Origin: Candidatus Latescibacterota bacterium
GTDB lineage: Bacteria > Latescibacterota > UBA2968 > GCA-2709665
Length of the DNA: 64,000 nt
Direction of reading: 5' to 3'
Assembly (NCBI GenBank): GCA_965248435.1
Contig: OZ252100.1
Location: 5,248,001 to 5,312,000 of the forward strand
A program made the translations under genes and the position numbers. Numbering within the stretch: position 1 is the stretch's first letter; each line of letters starts with the position of its first letter. This document shows positions 1 to 7,061 of this stretch, piece after piece. Below the pieces are notes generated by a model, which made no database searches, was not told the origin of the DNA, and saw only the letters and a program-made list of their open reading frames with translations.

Positions 1-670
1 AGTCTCCCAGCAATCGCAATAGGAGCTCGTCGGCAATGGAGCTCTTGCCGGCTCCGCCCGTGCCGGTGATTCCAATGATCGGTGTGTCGCGCTTCGCGGC
101 CAGACGCGAGATAGATTCTCTGCTGCGGTCTGAAAGGCCTGGGCCTTCGGCTTCCGTGATGAGGCGGGCCAACAGCGCCGTTGACTCCGTGGTGAGCCGC
201 GAAGGATCACCATCCAGCGAGCCGGAATTCAGGGCGAAATCAGCAGTTTCAAGCATATGGGAAATAATTCCCTGAAGACCCAGTCGGCGGCCATCTTCCG
301 GCGAATAGACCTTGGTGACACCGTATTTCTCGAGCGCACGGGCCTCGGATGGCAGAATCACACCACCTCCGCCCCCGAAGATTTTGATGTGGTCGGCGTT
401 TCGCTCACGCAAAAGATCGACAAGGTATTGGAAAAATTCGTGGTGGCCGCCCTGATAGGAGCTCACGGCCACGGCCTGGACATCTTCCTGAATGGCCGCG
501 TTGGCAATCTCTGCAGCAGAACGGTTGTGGCCGAGATGGATCACCTCAGCTCCGCCCTGCTGGAGCATCCGGCGGACGATGTTGATCGACACGTCGTGTC
601 CGTCGAATAGTGAGGCAGCGGTGACGAAGCGGACTCTATTGTGGGGTTTGTAATCAAGCGTTGACGTCAT
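1..670 (-). CDS. icmF: Fused isobutyryl-CoA mutase/GTPase chaperone, N-terminal part (runs off the window start)
   Basis: Manual minus-strand translation from ATG 670: MTSTLDYKPHNRVRFVTAASLFDGHDVSINIVRRMLQQGGAEVIHLGHNRS (B12-binding DxH motif), ...SSYQGGH..., then GITGTGGAGKSS (MeaB-type P-loop). Not in the ORF track because it is truncated. Confidence 0.9.
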   Translation of the reverse strand, partial: MTSTLDYKPHNRVRFVTAASLFDGHDVSINIVRRMLQQGGAEVIHLGHNRSAAEIANAAIQEDVQAVAVSSYQGGHHEFFQYLVDLLRERNADHIKIFGGGGGVILPSEARALEKYGVTKVYSPEDGRRLGLQGIISHMLETADFALNSGSLDGDPSRLTTESTALLARLITEAEGPGLSDRSRESISRLAAKRDTPIIGITGTGGAGKSSIADELLLRLLGD

Positions 671-684
671 TCATCTTACCCGAA

Positions 685-1869
685 TCAAATGATGTGATCG
701 GCGGTCTCGTCTCTATGTTTTTGCAGGTATGCCATAAAAGGGGTTCCCCCAGTACCTACACTGGTCGGGTTGACCGAGGCAGCTTGCGCCTGCTGTTCAA
801 TATAGTTCCTGGCGTAGTCCAGATGAGTGGAGCGGAATTCCTCCATCTGTTCAATGCATCCATTGTAGGAATCTCGAAGTGCAGGATTATTCTTATGATG
901 ATCGACCACATAGTCTCGGACGGATCCCTTAGACTCAATGGTTTCAATAAAAGCCCTGTGTCTTGGCGGCATATAGTCACGCATTTCATTCAAAAAGGCC
1001 AGTAAGGGGTCATCCTGGTGGGTAATTCCCAGCGCCGCATCCAATGACGGGATGATGGAACTCTGCGCCCCGGTCTCCCCACGAAACCGTTGGGGTTCAC
1101 CTTTGAACTCTGCTACGCCGTCGTAGGTGACGCCCCGGGGGAGTGATGGATGATCCTTCCAGCCGTGCAGGTAGGGCCTTACTCGATTGTAGTAGATATA
1201 CGGATCACAATGCTCGGGCATCCGGGATAGGAGGCGATTCATGCCTTCAAGAGAGGCCGCGATTCGTCGAAGGGCCTGCGCAAGCCGGTCAGGGTCTCCT
1301 GAAGCAGCTGTGCCGAGGGCATCGGGGATGGAGGTGAGGGCACCGACGGCCTGCTGTTCAATCGCTACGTGAACAAGGACGAACCATTCTTCATCAATCC
1401 CGCCTAGAAAGTTTTGAAGGAGTGCGATGTTTCCCAACTGGATTGGGCCATTGGCGTCGATCCGCCTCCAGTTCCCGAGCGCGTACGAAGCATAGGAGAG
1501 AACGGGTGGGCGGCCCAGATGCCCGGAAATCTGGCACCACGGGCGAGCCAAGCTGTGGGGGATGCGATCAGCCGGCTTTGCGTCGCCCCAGACGTAGGCG
1601 TGTCCGAGGTAGGGCAGGAGGAGCATGGCCCTTTCGCGTTCATCGCGACTTCTCAGCGGAGAAGAATCCAGGATAGGGAGTTCACCCACAATGGCACGAA
1701 TGCGACCCGTCGCCAGCAGTTTTGGCAGCTCGTGTGCAGCTTGTTCCCAGGCCAGGAAATGGCTCGGCAATGCTCCGATCGGGTCAACAGGAGGAAGAAA
1801 ACCCCTTTCCGAACCAACCTCGAATTCCCGGATGTCCAGACCAGGAGCCGATTTCTTTACCGCATTCAC
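685..1869 (-). CDS. Indoleamine 2,3-dioxygenase family heme protein
   Basis: GHAYVWG, EEWFVLVH, FRGETGAQSS, MRDYMPPRHR, FRSTH and GTGGT motifs typical of IDOs. Confidence 0.88.
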   Translation of the reverse strand: MNAVKKSAPGLDIREFEVGSERGFLPPVDPIGALPSHFLAWEQAAHELPKLLATGRIRAIVGELPILDSSPLRSRDERERAMLLLPYLGHAYVWGDAKPADRIPHSLARPWCQISGHLGRPPVLSYASYALGNWRRIDANGPIQLGNIALLQNFLGGIDEEWFVLVHVAIEQQAVGALTSIPDALGTAASGDPDRLAQALRRIAASLEGMNRLLSRMPEHCDPYIYYNRVRPYLHGWKDHPSLPRGVTYDGVAEFKGEPQRFRGETGAQSSIIPSLDAALGITHQDDPLLAFLNEMRDYMPPRHRAFIETIESKGSVRDYVVDHHKNNPALRDSYNGCIEQMEEFRSTHLDYARNYIEQQAQAASVNPTSVGTGGTPFMAYLQKHRDETADHII

Positions 1870-1892
1870 GGGTTTGACCCTCGTCGTCTACC

Positions 1893-2366
1893 TCAAGCCG
1901 GTTTCCAGGCCAGGTCGAGAATCGTGTGCGTCGGGGTCTCGGTTCGAAACCATGCCTTGACCTTCAAGCCGATCTTCGGTTCCCCTTCGATCAGGAATGA
2001 CATCAGTTTCGTACAGACGCCGTCCAACGAAACTGAAATGAGCGGACAGGGCGTAGATAGCTTGAAGTTGCTCCCAGGGTATTCAACGGTGGTGTGCGTG
2101 TAGATTTCACCTGTTTGAGGTGCTTCCACCCATTGCATGGGTTCCAGGCAATCCGGACAATACACCCTGGGCGGCAGCCAGATCTGACTTTCCTCACAAC
2201 GATGGTTTATGCAGTGTCTACCCAGAAGTTTAGATTCGCGCAGCCCTTCGAAGAACTCACTGAGCCCACCATACGTGTGGATATGGAAATAATTCTTCAC
2301 ATTCTTGATTACCAGGGGAGATGGGTTGAGGGCTTCGCATCCTGGAGCTATCAATTCGACCGGCAT
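1893..2366 (-). CDS. DUF35-type Zn-ribbon + OB-fold protein
   Basis: CINHRC...PPRVYCPDC rubredoxin-like ribbon, then an OB-fold (GEIYTHTTV); adjacent to a thiolase-fold gene. Confidence 0.85.
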   Translation of the reverse strand: MPVELIAPGCEALNPSPLVIKNVKNYFHIHTYGGLSEFFEGLRESKLLGRHCINHRCEESQIWLPPRVYCPDCLEPMQWVEAPQTGEIYTHTTVEYPGSNFKLSTPCPLISVSLDGVCTKLMSFLIEGEPKIGLKVKAWFRTETPTHTILDLAWKPA

Positions 2367-2386
2367 AATGCCTCCTCAGGATCGAT

Positions 2387-3745
2387 TTAAGCTGTCTCTA
2401 GAATTGCCATTGTGACGTGGCTGCCCGTGCCCGCGTGGCTGATGGCGGCGCCGCGCCTGGGGTTGATCGCCTGGAGGTTTTCGATGTCATCGGGTATGGT
2501 CTTGCCGCACCGTTCCCAGATCTTTGGATCCGTGTGGAATTTCGCCCATTGGCCTTGAAGCTGCCAGATCAGTTCCACAATCTGGAAGATTCCGGTCGCG
2601 CCCACAGCGTGCATAGATCCCAGTAGCCCCCCGGACAGGTTCGTGGGCAGTTTCCCCCCCAAGTAGGCTTCACCACTCTCGATAAATTCACGTCCCTGGC
2701 CATAGGGCCTAAGACCGATATCTTCGTATGTCTGGATGTCGCTGATGGTGAAGGCGTCGTGCGTTTCCAGAAGGTCCAGATCTTCCAGAGGATTCTGGAT
2801 ACCGGCCATGTGATAGGCCAGGTAGGCTGCCATTCGAGCGGCCAGGAACGAACTGAAGCCTGGCCAGTCCCACTCGCGATCCTCGTACAATTCTTCAGGC
2901 TCGTGCGGCAGACGAAGGACTTCCATCGGGCGTCGGTCGGCGGTCCTGAGCGTGTGCGTACCGGAGCAGATCGCACTCAATCGAATGGGGTTGTCAGAGA
3001 GTTTGTAGGCCATTTTTTCGTCTGCCAGGACGAGGGCCGCCGCACCAGTGCTCATCACGCAGCATTCCAGGAAGCTCAACGGGTCGGAGACCATGTCATT
3101 TTGCAGGACTTCCTCATCCGTCAGCTTCATTGGGTTTTGGGAGAAAGGTGATGAGTATGCGTAGCGGTGGTTCTTCACCGCAATCTTGGCGAGCGTCTCC
3201 CTGGGCACCTGGTTTTCATGCAGATATCGCTGGGCCATCAAAGCGTAGTAGCTGGCGTACATCCAGCCCAGTTCGGACTCGAAGTTCTTGCAGGCCGCGG
3301 ACGCGATGTATGAGTTCCCGTGTTTGGTCGGCACTTCGTCCATACGTTCCCATCCTACAACCGGTACCACGTCAGCATAGCCCGAGGCGATCGCCATCGC
3401 TGCCGCCAGCACGGCGTGACCCCCCGTTGCGCCCCCGGTCTTGACCTCTATGTTGCCGAGCGGATCGAAGCCGAGCCCGTCGTGTACGCGGGCAGCCGCC
3501 AGGAGCTGGTCGCCGAAATGGTCTGCAAACTGAGAATAGACGCAGAAGTTGACCATCCTTTTGAATTCCGGCATCGACACCTTGAGGCCGTTTTCCAGGA
3601 CGGCCATGTTGAGGGCCTCTGCCGTCAGTTCCTCCGTGGATTTTTCAGGATACCGCTTCCGATAATCGGTCGTACCGCCCGCCACGACGTATACGGGCTT
3701 GGCGAACTGGGGGATTCGAAGGTTGCCCTCTCCAAACTTAATCAC
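2387..3745 (-). CDS. Thiolase-fold (SCP2/archaeal-type) protein lacking the catalytic Cys
   Basis: LAKIAVKNH, ETHDAF, NLSGGL and HAVGATG motifs; the usual CxSG site reads GGATGG. Confidence 0.85.
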   Translation of the reverse strand: MIKFGEGNLRIPQFAKPVYVVAGGTTDYRKRYPEKSTEELTAEALNMAVLENGLKVSMPEFKRMVNFCVYSQFADHFGDQLLAAARVHDGLGFDPLGNIEVKTGGATGGHAVLAAAMAIASGYADVVPVVGWERMDEVPTKHGNSYIASAACKNFESELGWMYASYYALMAQRYLHENQVPRETLAKIAVKNHRYAYSSPFSQNPMKLTDEEVLQNDMVSDPLSFLECCVMSTGAAALVLADEKMAYKLSDNPIRLSAICSGTHTLRTADRRPMEVLRLPHEPEELYEDREWDWPGFSSFLAARMAAYLAYHMAGIQNPLEDLDLLETHDAFTISDIQTYEDIGLRPYGQGREFIESGEAYLGGKLPTNLSGGLLGSMHAVGATGIFQIVELIWQLQGQWAKFHTDPKIWERCGKTIPDDIENLQAINPRRGAAISHAGTGSHVTMAILETA

Positions 3746-3772
3746 GAGACCTCCTTCCGAACACGGGACAGG

Positions 3773-5113
3773 TCAAGAGGCCGTAAACTCGTTGATCGGG
3801 CCATATAGGTGATGGAACCCCGTGATCAAAACCGTGTTGATGTCCTCGGACGATTTTGCGATCCCTTCGGAGATGAGTTCCTGGGCGATTCGGCTAGACT
3901 CAATCAGATAGGCCATGGCCAGCCGAGCACCGGGGCTGTCCGATGCGGCTAGGCAGGCGAAGTGATTTCTCAGCTTTTGATCGAGATCCGGATCGCCCAA
4001 CAAACCCTTCCACGAGGCGCCCACCTCGGAAATCGGGTCCAGCGCCTGGTCCACGGGCCCCAGGGATCCGGAATCAAGAGGCAGGTATGCCTCCTGATCA
4101 AAAGTGTAGATGCCAACCGCTCGTCGCCCTTCGTATTGGAAGAACCCGTCTTTCTGCGATCCATCGGTTCGCTGCCCGCCCATCAGCTTTTTCGAGCTCA
4201 TCTGGTCGATCAGATCGGAGCGGTATGTTTCCCTGTCGATGTGCTTTGCCATCACTCGCAGGACTGACAAAATGACGTCCAACCCGATATAATCGAGGAG
4301 CTGAAACGTTCCCATCGGACGGATCAGTCCTTCCTGGCTGATCTTGTTTAACGCGTAGATCGCCCCGTGCACACCGAAACGTTCACGCAGATTGCCCGCC
4401 TGGTCTAAGGCGTAGAGTGCCTCCCGCACAAAATGACCCGTACCGATGAAGCCGGCAACGTCGCCGGAGAACACAACTGTTTTGCCTAGACGTCGTCCCA
4501 GGTCCCGTGCCATCTCAGTCAGTTCCGGACGGGTTGCGGAAGAGGGGATCAGCTCGAGCAGCTTTTGCACGGCTGGTGGATTGAAAAAGTGGGACCCGAT
4601 AAGACGCCCACCAAGGCCGGCCTCTTGATCCAGAAATCCAATCGGAATGGAAGAGGTGTTGGAAAAGAAATAGGAACCGGGACAGATGTCACCCACGGTG
4701 CGAAGGGTGTCTATCTTCAGCTGTTCGTCTTCGGGGACGACTTCGAAGACCAGCCGTGAGTCAGCGGCCTGGTGGATATCGGTATGTGTGCAGATGACCG
4801 ATAGGGCGTCGTCAACGAAGGCCTTAACGATCTGTTCGTCAGTCTTTAGATCCTCTCGGTCGTCGTAAAGCGTCCGGAGACGGTCGACGTTCGACTCGGC
4901 CTTTCTTGTGCACTGCGTCCGAACGTAGTTGAGCGCGCCATCCAATCCCTCTTGTCTGACATCTATCAGGTTTAACTGGTAGGACTTTTTCTGGTTTTCA
5001 GGGATGTTTTTCAGGCGGACGATTTCCTGGGCCAACAGCAGGGAGATCCCGCTTCCCATCTTGCCGGCAGCACCGAGCACCGTGATCCGTTCGAAGCGTT
5101 CGTCAAGACTCAT
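3773..5113 (-). CDS. 3-hydroxyacyl-CoA dehydrogenase family protein
   Basis: VLGAAGKMGSGI Rossmann motif, SNTSSIPI, GSHFFNPP, DVAGFI, PMGTFQLLDYIGLD. Confidence 0.9.
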   Translation of the reverse strand: MSLDERFERITVLGAAGKMGSGISLLLAQEIVRLKNIPENQKKSYQLNLIDVRQEGLDGALNYVRTQCTRKAESNVDRLRTLYDDREDLKTDEQIVKAFVDDALSVICTHTDIHQAADSRLVFEVVPEDEQLKIDTLRTVGDICPGSYFFSNTSSIPIGFLDQEAGLGGRLIGSHFFNPPAVQKLLELIPSSATRPELTEMARDLGRRLGKTVVFSGDVAGFIGTGHFVREALYALDQAGNLRERFGVHGAIYALNKISQEGLIRPMGTFQLLDYIGLDVILSVLRVMAKHIDRETYRSDLIDQMSSKKLMGGQRTDGSQKDGFFQYEGRRAVGIYTFDQEAYLPLDSGSLGPVDQALDPISEVGASWKGLLGDPDLDQKLRNHFACLAASDSPGARLAMAYLIESSRIAQELISEGIAKSSEDINTVLITGFHHLYGPINEFTAS

Positions 5114-5330
5114 TTCAGTCGTCCGACGTTAGGGGGCGTGCGTATCCGAACTTGCGCGGTGCAGTGGGTGTTGAAGACAGGTATTCTTCGAATCTTGCAC
5201 AGATGGGGATTTTCTCCCGGTGTTTCAGACCGTCTCGTGACACATCCGACGACACCAGGAAAGTAACAAAATCCTAGCACCGGCGCCACTACCTCGCATC
5301 ATCCACCACGTTGGCCCGGACCGTCCCGCC

Positions 5331-5416
5331 TTGACAAAAAAAAACCGCAAGTTGCGCCGGTTAAAAAGAAGCCTGCCCGGGCGTCACCGTGCGATTATCG
5401 TAACCTGCTAAAAAAG
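5331..5416 (+). repeat. Degenerate copy of the 3' end of the 17974-18936 gene
   Basis: aaaaaaaaccgcaagttgcgccgg is identical to the 18817-18840 segment. It reads LTKKNRKLRRLK vs VTKKNRKLRRLK, then decays. Confidence 0.85.
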
Positions 5417-5579
5417 TGAACCCCAAGTGACCTTTATCGGTCCTTTGAAGTTTCAGGCCTATTCCACTTTTCCGTTACCTAGATAGAATCCCTTCGTGGG
5501 GATGGAATCTATCTCCCCGGAAAAGCACCTCGAATAGGTTGGGGAAGTCTTAAAGGACCTTAGAACCTCTTGGGGTTCA
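5417..5579 (-). ncRNA. Rod-shaped structured RNA, copy A (6S-like)
   Basis: Terminal 11-bp stem tgaaccccaag/cttggggttca with nested stems ggtccttt/aaaggacc, cctattc/gaatagg, cttttccg/cggaaaag and agataga/tctatct. It has its own promoter and a 3' U-tract, and is a paralog of 18934-19124. Confidence 0.7.
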
Positions 5580-5586
5580 ATAATTC

Positions 5587-5615
5587 AAAGTACCGCAATC
5601 TTCATGGATTGTCAA
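5587..5615 (-). promoter_or_regulatory. Sigma70 promoter of ncRNA copy A
   Basis: TTGACA-17 bp-TACTTT on the minus strand, with -10 ending 7 nt before the RNA stem. Confidence 0.75.
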
Positions 5616-5688
5616 GCATTCTTCATCTAAATTATTACTTCCGGTTATTTTTAATTGAAATAGTTTATATCGTATTGTAAATATTCAA

Positions 5689-5860
5689 CTAAATACCACG
5701 CTCTACCAAAAATAAGCACATGTCCCGTAGTGTCTCCCGAACCTCTGTCTCCGGAAGCTGGTCCAGAGAGGTCTCGGCGACCCGTGTCCACTTCCGGCAC
5801 TCCAAGAGGTGGTCACGGCCGATCAGGGTCTGGAACGCAGCGCTCAGGACATCCTGGTTC
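5689..5860 (-). pseudogene. C-terminal fragment resembling a polyprenyl synthetase
   Basis: Manual translation ...KWTRVAETSLDQLPETEVRETLRDMCLFLVERGI* resembles the IspB/HepT C-terminal helix pair. No start codon; it abuts the AT-rich HTH gene. Confidence 0.4.
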
Positions 5861-6050
5861 AAAAAAGTTGCCTTATGGGAATTCTTAACATATCGCTTAG
5901 TTCAATTAAATGGCGACCTTGTGGGAAATGGATGTCATTCTCCCATTTATAGACAGTGACTATAGTAACCTTAATTTGATTGGCCACATACTCTTGAGTG
6001 TACCCCAATGCCACCCGGCGTCTTTTTATCGTCTCCCCTATTTTCTTCAT
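5859..6050 (-). CDS. Small Cro/XRE-family HTH protein
   Basis: IKRRRVALGYTQEYVANQIKVTIVTVYKWEND, a classic HTH_3 pattern; AT-rich. Confidence 0.8.
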   Translation of the reverse strand: MKKIGETIKRRRVALGYTQEYVANQIKVTIVTVYKWENDIHFPQGRHLIELSDMLRIPIRQLF

Positions 6051-6068
6051 TGCCTTCTGCCCTTCAAT

Positions 6069-6230
6069 TCAAAAGCTTAGTCTTTGAGATCCATTCCAAT
6101 TGGGGGGGACAAATGAAGAAACTTTTATGGCATTCGTAGAGATTATGTTTGCGTTTAACTCTGCATTATCAAAAGCAGCAAGTTTTGTTCTTCCATGGCC
6201 TATTCCAGAAGTGATATAGGCCTTTCCCGA
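6069..6230 (-). pseudogene. N-terminal fragment of a pyruvoyl-dependent arginine decarboxylase-like protein
   Basis: AYITSGIGHGRTKLAAFDNAELNANIISTNAIKVSSFVPP matches the PvlArgDC N-terminus (AFD.AL...N..VSS.PP self-cleavage site); truncated just after it. Confidence 0.6.
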
Positions 6231-6381
6231 TTTTCTATTCCAATCGTGCACAGTGAGTATTAGTACTGATCCATTAAGGTTTGATATTGAAGAATCTGTG
6301 AGGCGGTTCCCCCACAATTGCAGCTAACTTTTGGATATATTGAGTCCATTACCCCTTTATATGAGTCTTTTGAATATCTTT

Positions 6382-6627
6382 TCATCTCCAGCTTCTGACT
6401 TCTCGCATTTCTTTGATATATTCCCTTGGGATGTGGTGTACATTCCGATAAGTATTCCCACGCCTATCCGTCGCAAAACTGACATATTTTCCATCATCTC
6501 TGACCAGAATACCTACCGATTCTAACTCAAATTTTGGGTCAATATCGTCTGCTCCAATCCACCTATCCGGATCCCAGCAGGCGTCCTCCCACCTCACGTA
6601 GATCACTTTCGGCGGCACTTCCATCAC
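6382..6627 (-). CDS. Small phage-like hypothetical protein
   Basis: V.WEDA...SVGIL...IP...I pattern recalled from uncharacterised phage proteins; RBS AGAGGT. Confidence 0.6.
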   Translation of the reverse strand: MMEVPPKVIYVRWEDACWDPDRWIGADDIDPKFELESVGILVRDDGKYVSFATDRRGNTYRNVHHIPREYIKEMREVRSWR

Positions 6628-6654
6628 CTCTCTTTTACCGGGACATAAACAAAT

Positions 6655-6806
6655 AGCCGCACCTCCCGATAATAACCTCTTCTTCGGCGGTGCGGCTTTA
6701 TATACGAACCGACCTTTCGCCCTCAGACTACTGCAAGACCCCTACGATTCGTCAGAGCAGGGCCGGTACGCTCGCGGCCCGACCTTTCGGCAGATTTGCC
6801 TTTTTT
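6655..6806 (-). promoter_or_regulatory. Structured 5' leader: c-di-GMP-I-riboswitch-like element plus hairpin
   Basis: GGCAAA-tctgcc-GAAA-ggtcgg-GCCGC...CCGGCCCT resembles the 5' half of the GEMM-I consensus. Downstream hairpin agccgcacc/ggtgcggct is followed by atttgttt. Confidence 0.35.
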
Positions 6807-6833
6807 GGATGAGCTAAAATAGTACTATGTATA

Positions 6834-6862
6834 AATATACCCGACAATAATGTCGGGTTCAA
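6834..6862 (-). promoter_or_regulatory. Sigma70 promoter with an operator palindrome filling the spacer
   Basis: TTGAAC-17-TATATT; acccgaca-ataa-tgtcgggt perfect inverted repeat at 6839-6858. Confidence 0.65.
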
Positions 6863-7061
6863 GGTGGGGAATGGAAACTGCATCTCAGGAGACACCTCGC
6901 AATTCTAGGGCCGCGTCACAGATGGGAAACTCGCTGGCGTCTGCCGGGGTGGTCGAGCCGCCGCATCAGTCGGATGTCGGCTCAGCCGAAGGAGGCGTTT
7001 TCGCAGGTACCACCGTGATCTTTTGGAGATTGTTCGTCGACACCCATATCAGATCCAGCTT

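Noticed and set aside
36-610. Plus-strand ORFs at the window start
   Set aside because: Shadows of minus-strand icmF
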